The notes: generated from the letters alone by a model not told the origin. Positions 1 through 13,149 are shown, numbered from the stretch's first letter. The stretch: DNA of 64,000 bases from Carcharhinus amblyrhynchos (GCA_965287045.1 OZ336895.1:2790001-2854000), one strand, 5' to 3'. Translations and numbers: made by a program.

Positions 1-207
1 ATCCGCACAGTGACCCAAGCTAAGGGACAATTTACCATGGTCAATCAACCTAAACTACACATCTATGGAGTGTGGAAGGAAACCAGAGCACCCAGAGGAA
101 ACCCATACAGACATGGAGAGAACGTGTAGACTCACAGTCACCCCAGGCCGGTTTGAACCCAGGTCCCTGGTGCCATGAAGCAGCAATGCTAACCACTGTG
201 CCACCTT
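1..207 (-). mobile_element. HE1-type V-SINE (partial)
   Basis: tRNA-derived head (GGTGGCACAGTGGTTAGCA) plus V-domain on the minus strand. Confidence 0.85.
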
Positions 208-1034
208 TCTACACAATTGGAGGAAAAGAAAGTATTTGAGCTTAGTAACGAATACCAGTGGTGGCAATGGCCGGAGCAGTGACAAAGTGATCAATGGAGT
301 ACAACAACAACATTCATGCTATACAATGATTGAAGCAATGTGTTTTGGACTGTTTCAGTGTTGATTCTTGTCTGATTAGTAAAGGGGGAGAACATTAGGG
401 TGGGTAACCCAGTGTGAATTTGACAGGCCAAATGCCCACCTTTGTGCTTTTATGACTCCTTCTCCATGACCACAATACAGTTGATGAGGTAGGTTTTAAA
501 CAGTGTTGGAGAAGGGTGGAGAAGGAGAAGTGCACAGACCTGGGGGAATGAATTTGAGAGGATAGACTGCTTAAGGCACAGGCACCGATGATTGCCAAAC
601 AGCACTGGGGTATGATGTCATTATTCCAATAACACATGGATAAGAATAGACTAAAGCAAGACAATGCTCAAAGCTTTGGTCTTTCTAGGACACAGGGACG
701 TCCCACTCAGCTTTAGGGGCAAATAATAAGCCTAGAGTTTCCAATCCACATTAAAATGGCCCATTTTAAAATCTAGGGCCTAAGGATGCTGTTTATGTAG
801 ATATATGTCAACATGTTGGGTGCAAACATCTAGCCAGAGATTCAGGAACTCTCTAGAATGAAAAAAAAAGCCCACTTCCAATCACAAGATATTCACATTA
901 GGCAAATCAGCAATAGAAGGTCCAATCATAATAGAATGAACTACAGGGATATACAAGCTGAATTGCTGGAATTGGCCCAAATGTGGCCCCAGAAGTGGTT
1001 GTATGTCTCTCTACATTGGAAAGAAGAGTAGATA

Positions 1035-1300
1035 TTATGGCTCCTCAAGCCTGCTCTGCCATTCACTACGATCATTCTCTTCTACATCAATCCCACTTTC
1101 TCAACTCATCTTACCCTCAAAAAGATCAATCTCAACCTTGAATACTGAGTGACCGAACATCCACAGCCCCCTGGGGTAGAAAATTCCTGTGTATCACAGC
1201 CTTCTGAGTGAGGAAATTTCTCATCTCAGTCCTAAATTACAGCCCCTTCTCCTGAAGTTGAATTGCGGTTGTAGACTCTCTACATCTATCCCATCAACCC
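1035..1300 (-). mobile_element. CR1/HER1 LINE 3' fragment
   Basis: Resembles the CR1 3' ends seen elsewhere in the window. Confidence 0.6.
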
Positions 1301-1520
1301 CTCCGCCCACGCATCCCCCTCCTCCCTCTCCTCCCCCCCCAACACACAATTGCCCACATCCTTAAGAAACAGTTGAGAATGGGTAAAGGATTCTTGAAGA
1401 CAGATCTCTGTCTGCTCAGTGTCTTCTCGATTGCATCCTTTCTGCAGCTATATTTTGGGTAATTGATCTATCCCAGAGAAGTCAATGTCACAGAAGTGTC
1501 GCAAGATTTTAAACAGTGGT

Positions 1521-1838
1521 CACAGAATTCCTACGGTGCAGAAGGAGGCCATTCAGCCCATCAAGTCTGCATCGACAACAATCCCACCCAAGTTCTCTCA
1601 CTGCAACTCCATATATTTACCTTGCTAATCTCCCTGGCACTAAGGGGCAATTTACTATGGCTAAATCAACCTAGCCCGCACATCTTTGGACTGTGGAAGG
1701 AAATCAGAGCACCTGGAGGAAACTCACACAGACACAGAGAACATGCAAACTCCACATGGACAGATGGTCACCCGAGGCTGGAATTGAACCCGGATCACTG
1801 GCTCCGTGGGACAGCAGTGCTAACCACTGTGCCACCAT
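1521..1838 (-). mobile_element. HE1-type V-SINE
   Basis: Head, V-domain and CR1-like tail (…GAATGGCCTCCTTCTGCAC…). Confidence 0.9.
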
Positions 1839-2029
1839 GTCCACAGATGGGATTCATAACATGGTCTCTGGGAGAATTACTACATTGGCAAGAGGTGCAC
1901 AGGGCTGCCACAGTGTTTATATAGCAGCAATATTCCCATTACTGCTACCATCAGAAACGGCAAACTACCCACAGGATTTATTGCGGAGATGCAATGTTAT
2001 TTACTCAGGCATGTTGGACGTTTCTTTTT

Positions 2030-2370
2030 TTAATTCATTCATGGGACGTGGGCCTCGCTGGCTGGCCAGCATTTATTGTCCATCCCTAACTATCAGCAGG
2101 CAGTTGAGAGTCAACCACATTGCTGTGGCTCAGGAGTTACATGTAGGCCAGACCAGGTGAGGATGGCAGATTTCCTTCCCTAAGGAACATTAGTAAACCA
2201 GGTGGGTTTTTTCTGGACAATCGCAAATGGTTTCATGATTATCTGTAGGTTCTTAATTCCAGATATATTTGTTTGAATTCAAATTCCACCATCTGCCGTG
2301 GTGGGATTCGAACCCGGGTCCCCAGAACATGAGTTGAGTTTCTGGATTAATAATGCCACCAGGTCACTGA
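2030..2370 (-). mobile_element. Second SINE family (tRNA-like box B head, LINE-like tail …AGGGATGGGCAATAAATGCTGGCC…)
   Basis: Related copies at about 32582-32922, 37290-37665, 41870-42190, 42400-42930, 52010-52505 and 61290-61700. Confidence 0.75.
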
Positions 2371-3437
2371 CTACATTTGCAGCTGATCTCCTACGAAGGG
2401 GTTGGTTTCAGAGGAGAGTGATAATTTCCTCTGCCTGGCTTGACAAGGACTTTGGAAATGATTAGGCTTTTGATTTGTTTTATAAAGTTGTTTAGTAAGC
2501 AGAAATCTATGATAATTGATTAAAATATTTAAATTAAATATACCCTGCTCCTTTGTTATCCTACTAAACAGGAGTTCAATGAGGAGCTTTTCACAAAACT
2601 AACATTTGTATTCACATTCAGTGCTGACCTTCTACTTCAGATGTGAATGCCATCACTCGAGTTATCCAATCAGCTTTCCTCCTCAAAATTTTTTATGATT
2701 TCCCCATGCACTCTTATCTGCCCAAGGCCGTCTGCAACATTCATGCTTTTGACAGTCAGCTGGGGGCGGGGAGGGGGGGGGGGGGATGCTCAGACTGCCT
2801 CAGCCCCAACGCTCACAGTCAATGTTACTTACACTCAATGCACTCCTGCTGGGTGCAGCTGGTTCTTACAGCATACACCGCACCCCCACCCCTCGCCAAA
2901 CCAAACCTTCAAAACACTGCCAGTCATATCCCAGAGAAGAATATTAAGTGTCTGCAACTGGTGACAGTCAAGGAGTGAAGTAAACCAAATTTGAAAGGTC
3001 AATGGAGTCTCAGGTCTGAGCACACAGCTCTGACAAAATCCAAACTGCCACTTGTTAAAGATTCATATTGATCTCCATTTTAATTTTTCCAGTAATTGTT
3101 TTGCTATCATTTCTGCTTTCAAAGGACAGAAAGCATTGATTGTGGTCATCGATTTACAGATGGATTTGCAATGGGAACTTCAATAGGTTACATTTACATT
3201 GCTTGACTCCAGTGCAAATAACATATTGATTTAATGCCAGAGGTGCTGTGGTTAGAGAATCACAATCTTGGTATCTGGATTCATATTAGGTAGCCCCGTG
3301 AAAACTCCTGCACCGCGGCCTCGTGCGAGGCAGTTCCAATAAGCCATCAGGCATCTTCACATTTCCTCAACACAATCGATTTTGTTCCAAAGGCACTGGC
3401 CAAAATCACCCAATAATCAGAAATTTTTAAAAATGTG

Positions 3438-3753
3438 GGGCAGCATGGTGCCACAGTGGTTAGAACTGCTGCCTCACAGAGCCAGGGATCCAGGTTCAAT
3501 TCTGGCCTTGAGTGATTATGCAGATTCCGCACAGACAGACATTCTCCCCACGTCTGCGTGGGTTTCCTCTGGGTGCACCGATTTCCTCCCACAGTCCAAA
3601 GGTTAGGTTGATTGGACAAGCTAAATTGTCCCCAGTGTCAGGGGGATTAGCAGGGTAAGTGTGTGGGGTTACAGGAATAGGGCTTGGGTGGGATTTTGTT
3701 GGTGCAGACTCAATGGGCTGAATGGCCGCCTTTGTACTGTAGGGATTCTATGA
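3438..3753 (+). mobile_element. HE1-type V-SINE
   Basis: Full head, V-domain and tail. Confidence 0.9.
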
Positions 3754-4579
3754 TGTTGATGCATGTGCAGGAGACTTCAGAAACACACTTACAAGCACCA
3801 TTTGCTGGTCTCAACCCACAACCACATTGTTCCAGGCAACTGTTTAGACAGAGAATTTGCATTTTAAATGTTCACAAAGGCAGGTTTGACGTGGAAAATG
3901 TTAACAGAGGAAAAACTGACAACGTCTACAAACAGAAGGTATTCAATAATGTATATGCAGCACATCAGATACTGCAACGGACAAACAAAATATTTCAATT
4001 CAGACGGAAGGTTCTGCTCCTTTGAAAATAAAGATTGCAGTTCGAGCAGACACAGCAAATGGTCGGGAAAGACAGAAGGGTCATTTGGTCAAGTTAATTT
4101 TGCAAGTACCATCTTTTGGTTGCATCATAGAGGCTATATTGCTACTGGCCTCAATACATCTTGTGACAAGCAAGGCTCTCTTCCTGTTGAAAAGGGTTCA
4201 AAGGCAAATAAAGGTTGGACTTTGCTGCAGTGTCTCCCACAATCTAATGACCCGATGGCACACTTTGAGATCAGACATGAAGAATGGTCAGAGGGGAGAT
4301 TCCACACTCTGCCACACAAACAAAGAGTCAACAGTGAAAGGGAGGGGGGGGGGGGGTGGGGGGGGGAATGAAAAGGCATTTTCCTCATCAGATCCAGTAT
4401 TTACTACCCTTCCATCAGGGACTCTTCTCAATCCTGCATTTACTTAAAAACCAGTTATGGATGGTGACTTAGAAATATGGCATATCCATAGGCTCCTGGA
4501 ATGAAGCTTTGCTGCACAGTTTCACGATAAGAAACACATACACACACAAAACAGTACATGTAAGGTTGTACCAGGGTCC

Positions 4580-5155
4580 GTGGTCTAAAACTTAGGGCCA
4601 AGCCATTCAGGAGAGATGTTAGAAAACATTTTTACATGCAGAGTGTGGCATAGGTTTGGAACTCTCTTCCTCAAATCATGGAATCCCTACAGTGCAGAAT
4701 GTATCTCCATGATCACAATCGCACTCAGGCCCCACTCCCACAAGCCCCCACATTTACCCCACTAATTCACCTGACACTAGGGTCAATTTTAGTATGGCCA
4801 ATCAACTTAACCCACACATCTTTGGACTGAGAGGGGAAATCACAGCACATGGAGGAAATCCACGTGCACACGCAGGGAACGTACAAACTCCACACAGTGA
4901 CCCGAGGCCGGAATTGAACCTGGGTCCCTGATGCTGTGAGGCAGCAGTGCTAACCACTGGGCCACCCATGGCAATGGGTACAGGTTCAATTGTTAGGGTT
5001 AAGTCCGAGTTGGAGACATTTTTATTGAGCAGAGGTATCAAGGGATATGGGCAGACAGCAGGTACATGGAGTTGGAGCACAGATCAGCCATGATCTTACT
5101 GAGTGGCGGACCGAGCTCGAGGGGCTGAATGGCCTAATCCTGTCCCAATAGTTCT
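4580..5155. mobile_element. CR1 3' fragment (+) with a nested HE1 SINE (-, about 4678-4968)
   Basis: CR1 tail motifs on both sides of a minus-strand SINE. Confidence 0.75.
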
Positions 5156-6092
5156 GCAGCTTGCGTTCTTGTTCAGAAAACCTCCATGTTCGAACCAAAG
5201 TTTACAAAATGACGTAAACCTGCAGCACTAATTCCACAAACAACTCAGTGCAAAAAAAAGTCTTAATTCTCCATTTAAGTGGGTAACATAACACTTGGGC
5301 AAATTTTTAATCAGTTTATTTAGCAAATGATGCTACATGGGGTGGAATCTCAGACTTAAACCCAACGTTTCATGAGAGATTTTCATTCAGCGCCCTATGT
5401 TAGCACCACTAACCAGTGACAGACCTGCAACTATATTTATAGCATGAAACCTCTCGAGTCACTACACATATTTCCAAAGGTGAAACATACAATTGTACTT
5501 CTTTGGTTTTCAAGTCAACTGGGTGTTTTCAGGTCAAGTTGACGGAATACAAAAAGATTTTGTGTTTCAGCAGTATACTTGACCAAAATCCCACTGACAA
5601 TACAGCCAGGTCTGCACATTTGAACACAAGGATGTATCCAATTCAATCCACATTAAGCCTTTCCTTTGAATTGGTATTCCAAGCATTTCCAACCATGATC
5701 ACGGCTGAGATCTAAACTTGAATGCCTCATTCCAGGGGGAATAGGAGCAATTAGTCATGATTCCATTTAATGCTTAGGGTCAGTCTCGCCCAGAAATTCA
5801 CTCCTCTTTCTGTCTCCATTCAGCCTTAATTTTCAATTACTGATCTTGGAAAAAAAAATCATGCCTCATGTTCACATGGCACAAGCCATTTCCTGCTTCC
5901 TTTTTAATCCAGTCCCTTCATCGCTCAACATCAAAAAAAAATCACGCGATATGTCCTACCAGAGATTTCTGACAAATATTCCGAATTCCAGGACGGGCAA
6001 ATCATTCAGCAGCAATGAATGCTGCATATCGGCCTCACATCGAATACTCAAATTACTGCACCGGGCCAGACTCAAGTGTTAAATTACCTATT

Positions 6093-6418
6093 TAGGGCGG
6101 CACAGTAGCACAGTGGTTAGCACTGCAACCTCATAGCTCCAGGGACATGGGTTTGATTCCCAGCATGGGTCAGTCTGTGTGGAGTTTGCACATTCCCCCC
6201 CGCGTCTGCGTGGGTTTGCTCCAGTTTTCTCCCACAGTCCAAAGATGTGTGGTTGATTGGCCATGCTAAATTGCCCCTCAGTGTCCCGGGATGTGTAGGT
6301 TAGAGGGATTAGTGGGGTAAACATGTGGGGTGGTGGGGGTAGGGCCCGGGTGGAATTGCTGTCGGCGCAGGCTCGATGGGCCGAATGGCCTCCTTCTGCA
6401 CTGTAGGGTTTCTACAAT
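6093..6418 (+). mobile_element. HE1-type V-SINE
   Basis: Full-length copy. Confidence 0.9.
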
Positions 6419-6824
6419 TGTAAGAAAATCTGGACCAGGGATGGGCAATAAGTGCTGGACAGCCAGTGACACCCACGTCCCACAAGTTAATAAAGTAACA
6501 CACTACTCCCATCATTTGTTCAAGAACTTTGATGTCTGCACTGTCCACCTTTTCTAGTTTGTTTATATGATGACACAGCTGTCTCCTCCAAGAAGAGAAT
6601 CAGTAACCTTGACCTAAAAAGCAGTACAATTGTATATCCCACCCTCAGAAATGTGTGTAGCGTCTCGAGAGGTTTCATGCTCTATATAATATATATAAGA
6701 TTCAATAAGGTACACCTTTAGAAAAGGATTAAAATTGCTGTAGTTATAATTCCATGAATCATCTTGTGCCACAATGATGAAGACATTCCCTTGATGCTTT
6801 TCTCTCAGTTATAAATTTGATTAA

Positions 6825-7400
6825 TAGAAACATAGGAGTTAGGCCATTCAGCCCTGCGAGCCTGCTCCACCATTCATTACCATCATGGCTGATTGTCCAG
6901 CTCAATCCTGCTTCCTCCCCAGAACATTTGATACCATTCGCCCCAAGTGCTATTTTTTCACAGAATCCCTACAGTGGAGACCATTCGGCCCACTGAGTCT
7001 GCACTGACCACAATGCCACCCAGACCCTATCCCCATAACCCCAAATATTTACCCCAATCTCCAGCCGCCTCTTGAATACATTCAATGTTTTGGCATCAAC
7101 TACTTCCTGTGGTAATGAATTCCACAGGCTCACCACTCTTTGCGTGAAGAAATGTCATGTCATCTCCATTCTAAATGATCTACTGTGAATCTTCAGACTG
7201 TGACTCCTGGTTCTGGGCTCCCCCACCATCGGGAACATCCTTCCTGCATTTAGCCTGTCTGGTCCTGTTAGAATTTTATAAGTCTCTACGCAACCCCCCC
7301 CCCACCCCCCTCGTTCGTCTGAACTCCAGCCAAAACAATCCTAACCTATTAAATCTTTCCTCATACATCTGACCCGCCATCCCTGGAATCATCCTAGCAT
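6825..7400 (-). mobile_element. CR1/HER1 LINE 3' fragment with a nested SINE tail
   Basis: CR1 3' UTR and ORF2-end motifs on the minus strand. Confidence 0.75.
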
Positions 7401-8034
7401 AGCATCAAATGAAAAGCTTGCAACCCTCCATTTTAATATTCTCATCAAACACGCATTGTGACCAATCAGATGAATTACTTTGGTAACCGGGCAAATGGCA
7501 GTCCAGAATCTAACTAACAAAGTCACTCAACTGTGCTTAAAGCACAAGACAATTTTCAGATGTTCAGCTATCTCCCTCTTGACATCTTAACTGGCCTCCA
7601 TTGTTCCCACCTGTTTTTTCTTTACAGAAACATTCCTCACACAAACCTCAGTAGACATTCAATGGTTGATTTCTCTCTGCGGTGATATCATGAACCCAAC
7701 TTGGCGAATGCTGGGTTGGTAGAAAAGCTCACTCCGTTCACCAGGCCACGGCAGGAGTGTATGAAGGACAACACCTCTTTCCAGGCCTCAGTCCCAAACT
7801 TCAAAGAACAGAGGCAGCGCTTGATGTGCCCATCATTCCATCTAACGCCATTCCCACAGCGGCGTGATTGACTCTTAACCACCACACAGTTCCAGGGTAA
7901 TTAGGGATGGGCAAAAAACACTGGCCTTGCCAGCAACACCCACATTCCATGAAAGAATTAAGAAAAGAAACACTTGTGCCAATGCAATTTTGGGGCACAT
8001 ATTTGCACAAGCGCATTCATTACCCCACCCCTCT

Positions 8035-8160
8035 GTCAGCTCTGATGAAGGGTCAGCCTGACTCAAAACATTGGCTCTATTCTCTCCCTATAGATACTAC
8101 CAGACCTGTTCATTTATTCCAGCATTTTCTGTTGCAAATTCCAGCATCCGCAGTATGTTG
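8035..8160 (+). mobile_element. Penelope-like element remnant with a degenerate hammerhead core
   Basis: CTGATGAAGGGTC…GACTCAAAAC followed by a tail shared with copies at about 12.0, 17.6, 32.5 and 40.3 kb. Confidence 0.6.
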
Positions 8161-8264
8161 TCTCTACTCTCTACATTTCGCCACTAGATGACCTGAGGTA
8201 CTAAGGTGTTCAGGAGTTGCTCTGTCATTCGGTTAAATCTGTTTAAAATAGGCTTTATATTCAC

Positions 8265-8628
8265 CTCAAACGTGGCGTAGCTGTAGGGTTCTGGAATGAA
8301 GCTTTGCTGCACAGTTTCATGGTATCCATAGACAGACACACTTTAACAGGATTCTGCAGCTTGTGCTCTTGCTCAGAGGAATCTACGTTAGAACTAAAGT
8401 TTACCAAATGTAAATGGCTTTTCAAAGCCATTTGCCGTTTAACTTGTTGCAATCACGCCACCAGTTGCCTCCTTTCAGATCTAAAGCGCTCTGGTTCTTC
8501 TTTCCTAGTGTCCAGAGGCTGCTTTGTAATTCTTCTCATCATCATCTTTGGACCTTGAGTGCTTTCCATTTAATGTGTTTGTTTTAAAGTAATATCTCGC
8601 CTGATAGCTTGGAGATGAGCGCTGCTAT
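8265..8628 (-). other. Candidate 364-nt cassette (poison-type) exon in TLE intron 1
   Basis: ttctatctgtgttctattcag| acceptor and GAG|GTGAAT donor. Stops in all frames. TE-free. Confidence 0.3.
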
Positions 8629-9044
8629 CTGAATAGAACACAGATAGAACACCAGGTGCTGACATTTGACCCGGAGACTTAACTGCACCATGTGCAGACA
8701 CAGTGGTACAGCACAGCACTTGCCAGCACAGTAATGGAAAACAACATGTACATTATAGATTAGACATCAGATTCAACATCAACAGTACAACGTGTACTCT
8801 TTGGCCCATAAAGGTTTTGTGACCGAGTAATTCCTTCTCATGAGCAACGCCACCAACACAGTGTTCCTGCCACAGGCTATTTTCCAAAATAAAACGAGGA
8901 AGGAAGGAATGAATCAGTGCATTTACTACTGGAACACCTTCTTCACAAAAGGACACAACCCCAAAGCAATAAATACTGCACCACATTTAGGATTTTATCA
9001 TCTCCCCGCCCAACCCCCTCAGCATATTAGCCATGCTCTTTATA

Positions 9045-9770
9045 GAATAATCGAATCCCTATAGTGTAGAAGGCGGCCATTCAGCCCATCGAGACTGCAC
9101 CACCTCTCCGAAGGGGCATCTTACCCAGGCCCTATCCCCATAATCCTACATATTTACCCTACTAATCCACCCAAGATATGCAGGTTAGGTGCATGCTAAA
9201 TTGTCCCTTAGTGTCTTGGGATGCATAGGTTAAAGGGATTAGCAGGGTAAATATGTGAGGTTACAGGGATAAGACCGGGTAGGATTGTTGTCAGTGCAGA
9301 CTCAATGGGTCGAATGGCCTCCTTTTGCACTGTAGGATTTCTATGATTTCCAATCTACGCATTGGAATCTGTACAGGTTTCCTCTGGGTGCTCCGGTTTC
9401 CTCCCACAGTCCAAAGGTGTGCGGGTTAGGTTGATTGGCCATGCTGAATTAATCCTAATGTCAGGGGGTTACCAGGTAAATATGTAGGGTTACAGGAATA
9501 AGGCCTGTGTGGGATTGTGGTCAGTGCAGACTCGATCGGCCGGATGGCCTCCTTCTGCACTCCGGGGATTTTATGATCTCTGGACACCGAGGGGCAATTC
9601 AGTGTGGCGAATCCACCGAACCTGCACATCTTTAGACTACAGGAGGAAACCAGAGCACTTGGAGAAAACCCACACAGACATGGGGAGAACATGCAAACTC
9701 CATACAGTCACCAAAAGGCGGAAGCAAACCCAGGTCCCTGACATTGTGCTAAGCACTGTGCCAACCCACT
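9045..9770. mobile_element. Cluster of rearranged HE1 SINE fragments in mixed orientations
   Basis: Abutting minus/plus/plus/minus SINE pieces. Confidence 0.85.
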
Positions 9771-10731
9771 GCATTCAAAGGTTTGATAAGATTCATGAAG
9801 ACACAATAAGGCATTCAACAAACACAAAACATCCTTTCTCCAAGCGAGCTTGTCCAGTACATTCGTTTGAAATGCAAATCCATCCCCACTAGAAATTAGA
9901 TTTCAAAAATGCCCAAACTCCATTCAGACAGGAGGCTTTCATCTCATTAGAGCTCGTTCAACCTGGGGATCCAGAGATAGTAAGAAGTCTCACAACACTA
10001 GGATAGAGTCCAACCAGTTTATTTGATAATAATCCCACAAGCTTTCGGGGTAGATCAGGTGCGAACCCATTGCACCACCAGTTAGGGACTTCTACAGTTA
10101 GATTGCACTTGTTACTTAATTGATTGGGCAAAGAACAATACAAACAACCCCACAATGCAACCCTTCAATTCAACTGGGTTTTGAATTAGCACAGAACAGA
10201 AATAAACAAGGCCCAGACTCCCTGGAGTGACAATATACTTTTCAATTGCCCAGAGATCGACTAAAAGCACAACAACTTCCCTCTAGTTATTGTTCCCATG
10301 TCACAATGTGTTCCATCCAACTCTGTCAACTATAAAAGAGAAGGCATTTTGTTCTGATCATCTCATTTGGTCTAGTGAATTATACAAATGTGAAGTCGCC
10401 TTAGAAAGTAAAATTTAATGCAAGTGAGTTAATGGATAGGTTTGGTTAACAATAGCTACACACACACAGAACTGAGTGAGGAAGTTCACATTCAAGTTCC
10501 AATCCAATATAGCGAATGTTCTGAGACAGAAATTTCATTTCCACCCTTGTCCGAACCCAAATTTATCACCTTCTCTTCTCGAAGGACGAGGAATGTCTGG
10601 TCACATGTGGGCTCCAACAGGACTCGGGTATCTCACTTACGCAGCCTTTTCTCAATAATTACTGCATCCTGTGTCAGAGTTACTGTCTTCTCCACAACTC
10701 CTCATTTTAGGATGGGGCAGTCCAAAACGAT

Positions 10732-11065
10732 AGCAGCACGATGGCACAGTGGTTAGTCCTGCTGCCTCACAGCGCAAGGGACCTGGGTTCAATTCTGGCC
10801 TCGGGTCAGTACCTGTGTGGAGTTTGCACATTCTCCAGGTCTGCGTGCATTTCCTCAGGGTGCTCCAGTTTCCTCCCACACTCCACAGGTCTGTGGGTTA
10901 GGTGGATTGGCTGTGCTAAATTGACCCTAGTGTCAGGGGATTAGCAGGGTGAACACGTGGGGTTAAAGGAATAAGGCCTGGGTGGGATTCTGGTTCGTGG
11001 AGACCTGATGGGCTGAATGGCCTCCATCTGCACTGTAGGGATTCTATGATCTATTCTGTTCTATG
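10732..11065 (+). mobile_element. HE1-type V-SINE
   Basis: Full-length copy. Confidence 0.9.
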
Positions 11066-11067
11066 AA

Positions 11068-11695
11068 AACCAGAGGGCATAGGTTGAAGGAGAGAGAGAG
11101 AAAGATTTAAAAGGGACCCAAATATACACTTGTGCGCAGGTGCATGTGTTTGTGTACCTGAAACGCTCCAAGGTGCGAAGAGCACCCATTGCTGTCTATT
11201 ACGACCTCAGCTCAGACGAGTCAACCCACTGAATTTAAGCGTATTGGAGATGTCGGGGTAAGTTTTTGACTCAGAGGGTGGTGGGCGAGTGGATTCGTCT
11301 GCTGTCAGTGGTGGTGGAGGCGAACTCATTGGGGTCTTTTAAGAGACTTCTGGACAAGTACATGGGATTTAATGGGATTGAGGGTTATAGATAGGCCTAG
11401 TAGGTAGGGATATGATCAGCACAACTTGTGGGCCGAAGGGCCTGTTTGTACGGAAGTGTTCTATGCTAAATAGCAACGTTTTCACAGAGGGTGGTGTGTG
11501 CATGAAATCAGCTGCCAGAGGTGGTGATAGAGGCTGGTACAATATAGACATTTGGACAGGTATATGGATGGGAGAGCTTTACAGGGATATGGGCCAAACA
11601 CAGACAAATGGGACTAGTTCATTTTACAAAACATGATCAGTACGGATGAGTTGGGCTGAAGGGCCTGTTTCTGAGCTGTACATCTCGGTGACTGT
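11068..11695 (+). mobile_element. CR1 LINE 3' fragments (nested)
   Basis: Two CR1 3' ends with typical …GGGCCGAAGGGCCTGTT… tails. Confidence 0.7.
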
Positions 11696-11995
11696 GCAGC
11701 TAAGGGGTTTGGAAGTGCACTGGAGAGCAAGCAGGAGAATGGATCTGCTACGACACTGGGACTAACCAACACGCCAACATCTCGAGCAGAAAGCAGCTGA
11801 TCCATGGATCGGGCTGGAGTTCATCCATGGAGCTTCCTTGTTTCAACAATAGGATGACACCTAGATCCCAACATTCCACGGTCACTTGTTTCTCTCCAGA
11901 ATCCACAACCAATAATGCAAATAAGTTAATTGGTGACAATTTCTGAAGGCCAAGCGAATCAAATGATTCATAAATCCAGTTTCTGGCTTTTATGA

Positions 11996-12530
11996 AATAC
12001 TGGAAAATCTCAGCAAGTCTGGCAGCAACAAGGAGAGAGAATTGAGCCAACATTTCAAGTTGGGATGACCTTTCGTCAGAGCTCTGATGAATGGCCATCC
12101 AAGCTTGAAACATTGGCTCCATTCTCTCTCCACTGATTTTCCTCCTTGATTTAATTTTGATTTTTTATTGTCACGTACAGTGAAAAGTATTATGTCTTGT
12201 GCGCTATACAGGCAAAACATAGAGAAGGAAAGGAGAGCGAGCAGAACGTAATGTTACAGTCATGGCTAAGCTGTAGAGAAAGATCAACTTAATGCAAGGT
12301 AGTCCATTCAAACATTCGACAGCAGTAGGGAAGAAGCTGTTCTCGACCTCAGACTTTTGTGTCCTTTTCTCTAATGGAAGAAGGTGGAAAAGAGAATGTC
12401 TGGGATGCGTGGGGTCCTTAATTACGCTGGTTACTTTGCCAAGGCAGTGGGAAGTGTAGTCATGGTCAATGGATGGGAGGCTGGTCTGTGTGATGGGTTA
12501 GGCTACATTCACGACCTTTTGTAGTTCCTT
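11996..12530 (-). mobile_element. Rex1/Babar LINE 3' fragment joined to a palindromic Penelope-like dimer
   Basis: Rex tail on the minus strand at 12150-12530 and an inverted PLE dimer centred on CAGAGCTCTG at 12078-12087. Confidence 0.7.
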
Positions 12531-13149
12531 CATGGCTGGAAGTGGAGGTCTGTAGCTAACCTTGCATTTTTGAGTCATTTCTGCACCACCGTTAGCTCCC
12601 TGATCTCTGAAGATGTTGGCAGTACGCGATCTGATTTCTCACATTTCTTGTTACCTGTCTTGAGGTGCAATGCCACTAACGTGTTTCATAAAAGCCAGAC
12701 ACACTGATACAGAGAAAATAAATGAATACATTAGTGTACAGTGATCACGTAAGACAGTACTGGTTGGACAATAAACGTTCATGATAAGTGGGCCAGAGTT
12801 CTACATCAAAGCTACAGGACTGCATATTTTCCAAACAGTAACATTAACTAAGTCTCCACGCTCCAATAGCTATCATAAATTGAACTTTCTTGGGATTTAT
12901 TGCCTATATTTACATATCCATTCAAAACGACTATAAAACTCAATCAGCTGCCCCGCTTTTTTTCCAACTAGGGTTAATTAGTTAATTAGTCGTCAAAGGA
13001 TGGAAGTTTAATTTTTAAACTTGGCAATTTCTCATTACTTTGCTCCCACAGTAGGTTCCAAGTTATTTTACAAGATTAGGATTGTTCCACCATGCAATTC
13101 CCATTGTCTTCTGCTGTGAAGGTGAGGCAGTGTCCTTGTCGTTTCAAGG

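Noticed and set aside
3318-3331. CpG-rich near-palindrome GCCTCGTGCGAGGC
   Set aside because: Too short, with no ribozyme or other recognisable context.
3684-4447. Overlapping plus-strand ORFs of 113-167 aa
   Set aside because: No recognisable domain or exon structure, and they are antisense to the host gene.
8280-8322. SECIS-like 5' arm on the minus strand (ATGA-N11-AAA; GTGA in the 4.5-kb copy)
   Set aside because: No complementary 3' arm with the GA quartet, and the location is intronic.
8265-8628. Chaserr-like lncRNA (AAATGGA and AAGATG motifs)
   Set aside because: Short motifs are expected by chance, no CHD2 sequence was seen, and the locus starts with a TLE exon.
10630-10730. Strong minus-strand donor TGC|GTAAGTGAG at 10640
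   Set aside because: No convincing upstream acceptor before the adjacent SINE.
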